A stretch of DNA of 64,000 nucleotides from a bacterium (GTDB lineage Bacteria; Patescibacteriota; Minisyncoccia; JAUYLV01), in NCBI GenBank assembly GCA_030649025.1, contig JAUSGO010000022.1:9023-73022 (forward strand), given 5' to 3'. Shown here one piece after another: positions 9,036-17,580 of the stretch. Positions within the stretch are counted from its first letter, which is position 1. Each line of letters starts with the position of its first letter. A model generated the notes under the pieces. It searched no databases. It was not told the origin of the DNA and was given only the letters and a program-made list of their open reading frames with translations. The position numbers and the translations under genes were made by a program.

Positions 9036-10025
9036 ATGCAAATCATTCTTCTTCCCGAGCCTCCAAAAATTGTTAAAAAGAAAGGGAATCGGGCACAGAT
9101 ACATATTACGGGATGTTCTCCCGGTTACGGCATGACGCTGGGAAATGCCCTGCGGAGAGTTTTACTTTCATCGCTTCCCGGGGCAGCCATCACCGGTATT
9201 AAAATAAAGGGTGTTTCGCATGAATTTGTAGCGATCCCGGGAGTTATGGAAGACGCAACCATTCTCATGCTTAACCTAAAACAGGTTCGATTTTTGATGC
9301 ATGCAGAAGAGGGGACTTTTCGCGTTACTCTCTCAAAGAAGGGCAAAGGAGAGGTGAAGGCGGGAGATATCCAGACTTCCTCGGATCTTGAAGTCGCCAA
9401 TCCCGAGCTACATCTTGCAACCCTTACCTCTGGCGATGCGGAGCTGGAAATGGAACTCGAAGTGGAGAAGGGGCTCGGATACGTTCCTGTTGAAGAACAC
9501 CGGAGAGAGAAGGTAGAAGTGGGTCTTATCGCACTGGACGCGCTTTTCTCGCCCATTAAGAGGGTTAATTATGAGGTTGAAAACATGCGAATCGGCGATC
9601 GAACGGATTTCAACCGCATTCGCTTCGATATTGAAACCGATGGCACCATGAGCCCGGAAGCCGCGTTCAGCCGTGCAGTGGAGATCCTTGTCGAACATTT
9701 TGAACGGCTCAGAGAGCTTCGGGGAGCAGATGCGCTTATCGATGTAGCGGGTGCAGAATCTTCTCAGGAAGGCATGGGGCCGAAAGGAGAAACGGAAAAA
9801 CTCCAAGGGGTAAGTTCATCGACTGAGGAAGGAGGAATTGCGGATTTGAAGCTGAAAACAAGAATAGCTCATGCTCTTGAGACTGCGCATCTAAGAACCA
9901 TTCAGGATATAACGGCGAAGACGGAAGACGAATTGCTTGCGACCGAAGGCCTTGGAGAAAAAGCGGTGAAAGAGATTAAGAAAGCCATCGGGAAAATGGG
10001 GTTGACGTTAGCGGAGAAGAAGTAA
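9036..10025 (+). CDS. rpoA: RNA polymerase alpha subunit
   Basis: PGYGMTLGNALRRVLLSSLPGAA; alpha-CTD with GLGEK. Confidence 0.98.
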   Translation: MQIILLPEPPKIVKKKGNRAQIHITGCSPGYGMTLGNALRRVLLSSLPGAAITGIKIKGVSHEFVAIPGVMEDATILMLNLKQVRFLMHAEEGTFRVTLSKKGKGEVKAGDIQTSSDLEVANPELHLATLTSGDAELEMELEVEKGLGYVPVEEHRREKVEVGLIALDALFSPIKRVNYEVENMRIGDRTDFNRIRFDIETDGTMSPEAAFSRAVEILVEHFERLRELRGADALIDVAGAESSQEGMGPKGETEKLQGVSSSTEEGGIADLKLKTRIAHALETAHLRTIQDITAKTEDELLATEGLGEKAVKEIKKAIGKMGLTLAEKK

Positions 10026-10038
10026 ACAGCGGAACGAA

Positions 10039-10156
10039 TCCCGTTAGAGGCCGCGGTCGCTAACGAGGGTCTGCATGAAATAAGATTTTTAACGAATTTT
10101 TAATAGTTTATCAAGGTGTTTCGGTTGTAAAAGACCGCGACCTGCCTCTAACGGGA
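10039..10156. mobile_element. MITE-like CCCGTTAGA element, copy B1, abutting the rplQ ATG
   Basis: TIR TCCCGTTAGAGGC/GCCTCTAACGGGA; flanks ACGAA/ATGAA; homologous to 23436-23553. Confidence 0.8.
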
Positions 10157-10503
10157 TGAATAAACGTAAAGTTGGACGGACATTTTCAAGAAAACGAGAC
10201 GTACGCAAGGCTTTCTTGCGCGATCTTTCGCGCTCCATGGTTTTGCATGGAAGAATACAGACAACCGATGCGCGCGCAAGGGAGCTAAGAAGAATTGTGG
10301 AAAGGCTGGTAACGCACGCCAAGAAAGAAACGCTTGCGAGCCGGAGGTATCTCGTTGCGGCTCTCGGCAAAGATGTTGCGAAAAAATTCATTGATGAGAC
10401 GGAAAAAAAGTTTTCAACAAGGAATGGCGGCTACACACGTATCATAAAACAAGAGTCGCGTAAGAGCGATGGGGCAAAGCTCGCTATTATCGAATTTGTT
10501 TAA
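10156..10503 (+). CDS. rplQ: 50S ribosomal protein L17
   Basis: RIQTTDARAREL...RNGGYTRIIK...DGAKLAIIEFV. Confidence 0.97.
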   Translation: MNKRKVGRTFSRKRDVRKAFLRDLSRSMVLHGRIQTTDARARELRRIVERLVTHAKKETLASRRYLVAALGKDVAKKFIDETEKKFSTRNGGYTRIIKQESRKSDGAKLAIIEFV

Positions 10504-10513
10504 ATCATTATTC

Positions 10514-10915
10514 ATGAATTCGGAATCCTCTCAAACTACTATAAACGCTCAAGGGAAAATGCTTGGACGGCTCGCAAGCCGGGTTGCATATCTCCTGCAG
10601 GGCAAAAACCTTCCCGCATACCGGCCCGAAAGAAGAGAAAGCGCAATGCTCACTGTCTATAACGTGGATCAGGTGGGCTTGAGCGGAAAGAAAGCCGCCT
10701 ACGGCGTGCGCATACATCATAGCGGTTATCCCGGTGGCCTTAAGCGTATTTCGGTAAAAAAAATTCTCGAAAAAGATCCCCGCATATTACTGAGACGGGC
10801 GGTACACGGCATGCTCGCGCATAATCGTCTACGTTCTCGACTCATGAGAAGGCTCACGCTTTTGAGGGGGTCTTTGGAAAAATCCCAGGACAAAAAATTT
10901 GATAAGAACCCGTAA
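10514..10915 (+). CDS. rplM: 50S ribosomal protein L13
   Basis: INAQGKMLGRLAS...HSGYPGGLK...AVHGML. Confidence 0.96.
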   Translation: MNSESSQTTINAQGKMLGRLASRVAYLLQGKNLPAYRPERRESAMLTVYNVDQVGLSGKKAAYGVRIHHSGYPGGLKRISVKKILEKDPRILLRRAVHGMLAHNRLRSRLMRRLTLLRGSLEKSQDKKFDKNP

Positions 10916-10930
10916 TTGAGGAAATCACAT

Positions 10931-11554
10931 ATGAAAAAAGCGCAGATCAAAATATCTAAAAAACCAGGCCTAGGGAAAGAGTCCAAAAAGGCTTTGCCTA
11001 AAAAAACGGCTGCTTCAAAAAAAACAGCAGAAAAAAAATCTGCTGAAGGATCGGATCTTTCGCAAATTCCGGCGGCAAGCTCTACGGTGAAAAAGGAGGT
11101 TGTGTCGGTTGCTCAAAAGCCTTCTGTAGGATTAAAACCGAAGCCCGAGAAGTATTTTGAGGGATTGGGACGCCGCAAACGGGCAACGGCCCGGGTCCGG
11201 CTCTACACTTCAAATCCGCAGAATTCCGCAGAAGCGGGAAATATTGAGGTAGAAGGCAAACCGTATAAAACATACTTTCCAGGCGAACGGCTTTTCCTCA
11301 TTGTTGAAGATCCACTCAAGAAACTGAAGTCAATGAACCGTTTCCGCGCGACGGTGCGTGTTGCTGGCGGAGGCACTCATGCGCAAGCCGAAGCCGTCCG
11401 GCACGGCCTTTCGCGCGCACTTACTCTTTTTGATCAAAACTTCCGCAAGCGTCTGAAGCGTGCCGGATTTTTGAAGCGCGATCCTCGCGAGAAAGAGCGC
11501 AAGAAATACGGACTGAAGAAGGCTCGGCGTCGTCCGCAGTGGGCAAAGAGGTAG
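10931..11554 (+). CDS. rpsI: 30S ribosomal protein S9 with Lys-rich N-terminal extension
   Basis: GRRKRATARVRL...RDPREKERKKYGLKKARRRPQWAKR. Confidence 0.97.
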   Translation: MKKAQIKISKKPGLGKESKKALPKKTAASKKTAEKKSAEGSDLSQIPAASSTVKKEVVSVAQKPSVGLKPKPEKYFEGLGRRKRATARVRLYTSNPQNSAEAGNIEVEGKPYKTYFPGERLFLIVEDPLKKLKSMNRFRATVRVAGGGTHAQAEAVRHGLSRALTLFDQNFRKRLKRAGFLKRDPREKERKKYGLKKARRRPQWAKR

Positions 11555-11556
11555 AG

Positions 11557-11733
11557 TAGTTTTTATTGCCCCGTCTTCGCCCATCCATACGAAAAAACAC
11601 AATCAAAGCGCCCCAGCGGGCGCTTTGTTGTTTGGCGCTCGGCATTACTCGTCCCGGAGTACCGGGACACCATGCCCGCAATGCCTCCGCGACATTTTTC
11701 GTTTATGGATAGGCTCGGAGGCAATAAAAACTA
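11557..11733. repeat. Branched palindromic (REP/MITE-like) element
   Basis: TAGTTTTTATTGCC/GGCAATAAAAACTA ends with internal hairpins AAAGCGCCC/GGGCGCTTT and GTCCCGG/CCGGGAC. Confidence 0.75.
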
Positions 11734-11762
11734 AAGAGAGAGGTATGTTTTATAAGGAGTTC

Positions 11763-11812
11763 CGCTAGCTCACTGCCCTTCGGGCAGATCGGCTTTGCCG
11801 ATTGAGCCAGCG
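11763..11812. repeat. Small three-way-junction palindrome
   Basis: CGCTAGCTCA[CTGCCCTTCGGGCAG][ATCGGCTTTGCCGAT]TGAGCCAGCG. Confidence 0.7.
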
Positions 11813-11918
11813 ATTTTAGTATTTACAGTCGTTTTTTTAGTTTCCCAACTGCCGATTTTTTGTTTGAAAACAAAAGTGCGGCACAATGGATGTGCCGCGC
11901 TCTCTTTTTCGAGAGTAG

Positions 11919-12143
11919 TTAGGACTTAGCCATGGTCTGGATCTTCTTCCAACGTCTTTCGTTAGATGAAAGCCATAGCAGGAAGAGAGTGAAAGGATAG
12001 AAAACTGTCGCTCTTTTTCCGGATGGCCAGGGCTTTCCCTGCGTGAAAAGAGATGCGGCAATGTGTGGTATGGCGATAATGTAAACCGCAAGACCGCCGA
12101 CGTAAAGACCAAACAAAAACACCAAGATTGTGAAGATTGTCAA
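11919..12143 (-). CDS. Small membrane hypothetical protein
   Basis: Two hydrophobic segments; SD AAAGGAG; TTGACA-17-TATGTT at 12171-12199. Confidence 0.65.
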   Translation of the reverse strand: MTIFTILVFLFGLYVGGLAVYIIAIPHIAASLFTQGKPWPSGKRATVFYPFTLFLLWLSSNERRWKKIQTMAKS

Positions 12144-12462
12144 GGCATTCTCCTTTCTATCAGCATATGAAACATAGCACGGTGTTTCATTTCTGTCAAA
12201 TTATTAAATTACTGGCTCAATCGCGAAGCGATTCCGCAATATGTGGACGAGTCAGCGGAACTCCTACTTAAAAATATTTTCTTTCTTTTTAGGTTTTGTT
12301 GTATGTGAGCATGGTTATATAAGAAAAGCGTCTCGGAGCGCCGTGAGCATGGCTTCCCGCCAAAGACGGGAATCGCGGCGCGAGAGCCGAGCAGTGTTTT
12401 GTCGCAGGACAAAACGACCGCGACTTTTCGGTGTAACCATGCGAACAACAAACAATAAAACC

Positions 12463-13911
12463 TTACTTCTCTTCCGGTCTCCAGGAGAAGAATGCAAGAT
12501 GTTCCTGGGCCGTGAAGAAAAGGCCTTCACGCGTGATGGAACGAAGCGCGATATCCCCATTGCGCACAAGTTCAATAGTGTTTCGCTTACCTCCCCGATC
12601 GTCCAATTCAATTGCAAAAAGGCCGTCAGGCACGGTGTAAAGAATATAGTCTCCGGATGTTGGGTGCCACTGTGCTTCTTTTACGCCCGTCCCGAATCGC
12701 CCAACAAGCATCACTTCGCCGTTTTTATGAATCGGTTGAGTGAGTATATCGTCAAAATAATGCACCCATAGCTCATTCCATGTTTTCGTAAGCATCTTTT
12801 TCCCGTCCGGAGATATTCTGAAGGATTCTACGCCTTTTTGTACATCCCGAAGCTTGCCGTCCCTATCTGCGAGCCGAACCGTTCCGTCTTTGCTGCCCTC
12901 GGGAATGACGAGAAATGCCAAAGCGTTATCCGGTAGCGTTTCAATAAAAAGTTTCGCGGGGACGGTGCGTCCATCAACAGGCATAGTGGATATCTGGGTT
13001 TTTGCAGTACCATCGGCGGTATACGCAAAGAGCATTGGCGGATATCCCTCTAATGTGTAAAGCCTGTCATTGTGAACGGCAAAACCCCATGCCGACGCGC
13101 TTGCGCGCGTTGGGATCTCACTTGAGAGGTTTTTCCATCGCCAGAGCGTCTGATGGGCATCAAGGAATACTACGTGCTCTTTATCTGTGAAAGCCGCTTT
13201 TTGCAGTTTGTCGGACGGACTGGGGAACTTCGGCATGGCGCGCAGATCATAGGGTTTGTCGAGTGATACCGTAAAAAGAGAAGGTAATGTTCCCTTCCGT
13301 TCCTTTTTGAACATGAGCGTTCGGTCATCCGGAGAGAATGACTCCAGTGTAGTTTTTGGGTTTAGGGAGGCGCGCGTCTGTTTTTTTTCGGCATAAACCG
13401 TATTTTGTTCCGAAGGCTTCTTAGTATTGATAAGTACTATCCAAGAGGTAATACTTCCCTCGCTTACCACGACAGCTTCTTTGGCATCCGGAGAGACGAG
13501 CGAATCGGCAATACTTGTGAAGTACAGGGTTTTTGGTTTGGACTCGGCAAAAAGGAAAATAGAGCGGGCTTCGGTCACCTGGCGGGGACGCACGGTGAGT
13601 TTTTTGACCCACGGCACATAGCCGAGTTTTTCCACGCGGACGTCATACTCGCCCGGTAAGATATTGGAAATGAGACTGGGTTTTGTGAGCACATCTCCAA
13701 AAACACCTGGCGTATAGCCGCGTTTTATGCCATTAACCGAAATAATTGCGCCTTCCGGATCTGATTTTATAAAGATCGCTCCGGTGGCAACGAACTTTTT
13801 TTTGACAAAATCAAACCGATATCCGCGCGCAAAAAGCACGAGTGCGGGGGATGTCACGGCAAATACGATAAAACAGCTCCAAAATAATATTTGTCGGGTC
13901 TTTCGTGTCAT
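12463..13911 (-). CDS. PEGA-domain membrane protein with beta-propeller-like C-terminus
   Basis: ARGYRFD...GAIFIKSDPEGAIISVNG...ILPGEYDVRVEKLGYVPWVKKL. Confidence 0.85.
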   Translation of the reverse strand: MTRKTRQILFWSCFIVFAVTSPALVLFARGYRFDFVKKKFVATGAIFIKSDPEGAIISVNGIKRGYTPGVFGDVLTKPSLISNILPGEYDVRVEKLGYVPWVKKLTVRPRQVTEARSIFLFAESKPKTLYFTSIADSLVSPDAKEAVVVSEGSITSWIVLINTKKPSEQNTVYAEKKQTRASLNPKTTLESFSPDDRTLMFKKERKGTLPSLFTVSLDKPYDLRAMPKFPSPSDKLQKAAFTDKEHVVFLDAHQTLWRWKNLSSEIPTRASASAWGFAVHNDRLYTLEGYPPMLFAYTADGTAKTQISTMPVDGRTVPAKLFIETLPDNALAFLVIPEGSKDGTVRLADRDGKLRDVQKGVESFRISPDGKKMLTKTWNELWVHYFDDILTQPIHKNGEVMLVGRFGTGVKEAQWHPTSGDYILYTVPDGLFAIELDDRGGKRNTIELVRNGDIALRSITREGLFFTAQEHLAFFSWRPEEK

Positions 13912-13935
13912 TATACCCTATGATACACTAAAACC

Positions 13936-15216
13936 ATGCCGCAAGAGAAATTCGTCATTCGGGGAGGCAAAAACCTTTCCGGAACTATCAGGGTCAAGGG
14001 GGCGAAAAATAACGCCCTCAAAGTTTTAGCCGCATCCCTATTGAGCAAAGAGCTGTGGACGATTACGCGCGTGCCTTTCGTGGAAGACGTCTTGCGGACT
14101 TTGGAGCTTTTGCGGGCGCTCGGCGTTGAGGTAAGCGACACGTTGTCGGGAGGAGATATTGTAACGCTCCGGGCGAAAAACATTATCTCAACAACGCTCG
14201 ATACAGAAGTTTCCAAACGAATCCGCGCCTCCATGGTGCTTACCGGTCCGCTCCTTGCGCGGATGGGTGAAGTCGTGTTTCCGCACCCGGGCGGGTGCGT
14301 CATCGGCGAGCGTCCGATAGACATTTTTTTAAAAGGTTATGAAGCGCTTGGCGCTTCGGTAGAGTTGTCGAAGGGATTCTATCATCTCCGGGCAAAAAAC
14401 GGCCTTCGAGGATCATCCATTTTTTTTCCGGTCGTTTCCGTGACTGCCACGGAAACGCTCATGATGGCTGCCGTTCTTGCCCGCGGCACGACCATGCTGA
14501 AAAATGCCGCAATGGAACCGGAAGTGGCGGCGTTAGCGGATTTCTTGAATGCGTGCGGCGCTCGTATTTCGGGGCACGGCACGCCCCACATCGCCATAGA
14601 AGGCGTTTCGGAACTTGGCGGCGGAACGTTTCAGGTCATTCCTGACCGAATAGAAGCCGGCTCTTTTGCGCTTATGGCGGGGGCAACCCGGAGCCGCCTT
14701 ACCGTTGCCGATTGCAATCCGGCGCATCTTGACGCTCTCATCTCCTTACTGCAAGATACGGGAGTAGAAGTGGAGAAGACGGAATCGAGCTTAACGGTAG
14801 ATGCCACGGGGCGCAAGAACTTAAAAGCAAGGTCAATTATTACACACGAATATCCTGGTTTTGTCACGGACCTGCAGGCGCCTGCCGCGGTATTTCTCAC
14901 ACAACTGGAAGGAGAGAGCCGGGTATTCGAGACTATTTTTGAAGGACGGCTCAACTGGACCCAAGAACTGGTACGCATGGGAGCGCGGATCACGGTCGCC
15001 GACCCGCACCGAATTTTCGTCAATGGTCCGGCACAGCTCCGCGGGCGGGAGATTACCAGCCCCGATATCCGCGCAGGCATGGCATTGATCATAGCCGGAC
15101 TTATCGCGGAGGGAGAAACCACGGTCCATAATATTTACCAAATTGACCGCGGATACGAAAAAATAGAAGAGCGGCTACGAGGGATAGGGGCGGATATACA
15201 GCGAGTGAACGCTTAA
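13936..15216 (+). CDS. murA: UDP-N-acetylglucosamine 1-carboxyvinyltransferase
   Basis: GAKNNAL, RAS, PGGCVIGERP, PDRIEAG, YPGFVTDLQ, DIRAG. Confidence 0.98.
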   Translation: MPQEKFVIRGGKNLSGTIRVKGAKNNALKVLAASLLSKELWTITRVPFVEDVLRTLELLRALGVEVSDTLSGGDIVTLRAKNIISTTLDTEVSKRIRASMVLTGPLLARMGEVVFPHPGGCVIGERPIDIFLKGYEALGASVELSKGFYHLRAKNGLRGSSIFFPVVSVTATETLMMAAVLARGTTMLKNAAMEPEVAALADFLNACGARISGHGTPHIAIEGVSELGGGTFQVIPDRIEAGSFALMAGATRSRLTVADCNPAHLDALISLLQDTGVEVEKTESSLTVDATGRKNLKARSIITHEYPGFVTDLQAPAAVFLTQLEGESRVFETIFEGRLNWTQELVRMGARITVADPHRIFVNGPAQLRGREITSPDIRAGMALIIAGLIAEGETTVHNIYQIDRGYEKIEERLRGIGADIQRVNA

Positions 15217-15335
15217 AAATTCAAAAATCAAAATTCAAAAATAAAAATTTTTGAGTCTTGTGAAAGTTTCAGTTTATCAAAACTTTCACGCCTTCACCGT
15301 TTTGCATTTTACATTGTCATTTTCCATTTTGAGAT
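15216..15335. repeat. Heptamer-armed palindromic element, diverged copy A3
   Basis: (TCAAAAA/T)n arm, GTGAAAGTTT...AAACTTTCAC core, (CATTTT)n arm. Confidence 0.75.
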
Positions 15336-15354
15336 TTACACTTTGAACTTTTTT

Positions 15355-16359
15355 ATGCCAAAAAAACTCGGTATTGATCTTGGAACCGCAAACACGCTGG
15401 TATTCGTGCCCAAAAAAGGCGTGATTATCAATGAGCCTTCCGTTGTTGCGGTTTCCCGAGACGACAATCGCATACTTGCGGTGGGGAATGAAGCCAAAGA
15501 GATGCTCGGCAGATCTCCAGATTTTATCGTGGTTACGCGCCCTATGCGCGATGGAGTTATTGCAAATTATCGGGTTACCGAGGCCATGCTACGTTATTTT
15601 ATCCGCAAAGCATCGGGTCCCATAAGCTTTTTCAAGCCGGAAGTGATCATATCGGTGCCGGCGGGCATTACGTCTACGGAACGAAGGGCTGTTATTGAGG
15701 CTGCTATATCAGCAGGAGCAAAGGCCGCATATATTGTAAAAGAGCCTCTGCTTGCGGCCATCGGGGCGGGACTTCCGGTACAGAATTCCTCCGGACATCT
15801 GGTGGTGAACATCGGTGGCGGAACAAGCGAGGTCGCAGTCATAGCGCTTTCCGGCATTGTTACCTGGGCATCGGTGCGTGTTGCGGGGGATAAAATCGAC
15901 CGCGCCATCGTGGACTATATCAAACACAGCCACAATGTCGCAATCGGTGAGCGGACGGCCGAAGAGGTAAAAATACTCATCGGGGCTGCCGTTGAGAGTT
16001 CGGAGAATAGTGTTGCCGAGATTCGCGGAAGGGATCTTGTTGACGGCCTTCCTAAAACCATAGAGGTTACCACGAACGATATTGTACATGCCATTTCCGA
16101 TGAATTGCATGACATTTTACGGACGGTGAAGCAAGTTCTTGCGCAAACACCCCCGGAACTTTCCGCCGATATTCTCGACAAAGGCATGATGCTTTCGGGA
16201 GGCGGAGCGTTGCTTCGCGGCATAGGTGAATTTTTATCACACGGTACGGGAATCTCTGCAACGGTGGCCCCTGAACCTCTTTTTTGCGTAGCCAAGGGCA
16301 CGGGACATGTACTGAATAACCTTGAACTCTACAAACGTGCGGTGATGACCAAACGCTAG
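15355..16359 (+). CDS. mreB: Rod shape-determining protein MreB
   Basis: GIDLGTANT, EPSVVA, IGGGTSEVAVI, GGGALL. Confidence 0.97.
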   Translation: MPKKLGIDLGTANTLVFVPKKGVIINEPSVVAVSRDDNRILAVGNEAKEMLGRSPDFIVVTRPMRDGVIANYRVTEAMLRYFIRKASGPISFFKPEVIISVPAGITSTERRAVIEAAISAGAKAAYIVKEPLLAAIGAGLPVQNSSGHLVVNIGGGTSEVAVIALSGIVTWASVRVAGDKIDRAIVDYIKHSHNVAIGERTAEEVKILIGAAVESSENSVAEIRGRDLVDGLPKTIEVTTNDIVHAISDELHDILRTVKQVLAQTPPELSADILDKGMMLSGGGALLRGIGEFLSHGTGISATVAPEPLFCVAKGTGHVLNNLELYKRAVMTKR

Positions 16360-16480
16360 ACTTTTGTTTTTGGCGGATTTCTTCGTTGACTGCTTCGGTG
16401 CTCGACGCTGTACTTTCTAAGTACAGCTTACTCTGCTCCTCGCAGGTCGCCTCGAACTCCGCTCAAAAACAAAAGCCTAG
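16356..16480. mobile_element. Palindromic MITE-like element bounded by CTAG
   Basis: CTAGACTTTTGTTTTTG/CAAAAACAAAAGCCTAG with central GCTGTAC/GTACAGC. Confidence 0.65.
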
Positions 16481-16488
16481 AAATCCGT

Positions 16489-17571
16489 GTGCTTATCGGT
16501 ATCCATGCCAAAGCCTTATCTGAAACGTATCCGACGGGCGTAGGGTTCTACACACGGTATCTCTTGCAATACCTTTTGGGTCTTCCTGAAGCGGGCACGC
16601 ACCGCTTTTTATTATATCTTGCCAAGAACGGAGCCGATCAATATCCGGCAAACATCACCAAGAAAATTCTTTCCTCTCCGTTTCTTTGGACCCAGAGTCG
16701 TCTTGCCATAGAACTTTTACTACACAAACCAGATGTGTTTTTTGTTCCCCAGCATGTGTTACCAAAAACCGCGCCGAAAAATTCCGCAGTGACTATCCAC
16801 GGACTTGAATTTGAGCGATTTCCGGATCACTACGCATGGCAAGAGCGCATGTACTTGAGATGGGTGACAAGGGATGCCGTGAAGCGCGCCTCTTGCATCA
16901 TTGCGGTGTCGAACGCGACAAAACAAGACCTTATGGAATTTTATCGCTTGCCGGAAGAGAAGATAACGGTTGTGCATCACGGAGCACCACAAAGAATATC
17001 CAATATCAAATATCCAATATCAAATAAAAGAATGGATACGCCTTATTTTCTTTATATCGGGAGGATTGAGAAAAAAAAGAATGTTGACGGTCTCATTCGG
17101 GCCTTCACGATTGCAAAAGAAAAATACAAATTACCGCATAAGTTGATACTTGCTGGTAGCATCGGCTTTGGATTTAGTTCTAAGAAGCTATCAGCTATAA
17201 GCTATAAGCTGAAAAATCAGATTGAATTTCTCGGTTATATTTCCGAAGAGGCGAAGTGGGAGCTATTACGCAACGCAGAGGCATTCGTATTCCCTTCATG
17301 GTGCGAAGGATTCGGGTTGCCTATTCTGGAAGCACAGCAAGCGGGTGTGCCGGTCATCACTTCAAACATCTCCGCGATGCCGGAAGTGGCAGGCCCTGGA
17401 GGGCTCTTCATTGATCCTTCAAGCCCCGAATCCATTGCCGAAGCCATGCATCGCATTTCCGAAGATAGAAAATTGCGCGAGAATCTTATCGCTGCCGGCT
17501 ATAAGAATGCGCAGCGTTTTTCATGGGAGAAGTGCGCACAGGAAACGCTCAACATATTGATAAAACCATAG
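16489..17571 (+). CDS. GT4 family glycosyltransferase
   Basis: TIHGL, IAVSNATKQD, FVFPSWCEGFGLPILEA. Confidence 0.93.
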   Translation: MLIGIHAKALSETYPTGVGFYTRYLLQYLLGLPEAGTHRFLLYLAKNGADQYPANITKKILSSPFLWTQSRLAIELLLHKPDVFFVPQHVLPKTAPKNSAVTIHGLEFERFPDHYAWQERMYLRWVTRDAVKRASCIIAVSNATKQDLMEFYRLPEEKITVVHHGAPQRISNIKYPISNKRMDTPYFLYIGRIEKKKNVDGLIRAFTIAKEKYKLPHKLILAGSIGFGFSSKKLSAISYKLKNQIEFLGYISEEAKWELLRNAEAFVFPSWCEGFGLPILEAQQAGVPVITSNISAMPEVAGPGGLFIDPSSPESIAEAMHRISEDRKLRENLIAAGYKNAQRFSWEKCAQETLNILIKP

Positions 17572-17580
17572 TCTTGGAAA

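Noticed and set aside
11763-11812. tRNA
   Set aside because: Only 50 nt with two arms and no T-loop or D-loop consensus
1247-15335. CRISPR array
   Set aside because: Repeats are 7-mers or dispersed palindromes with no repeat-spacer periodicity and no cas genes
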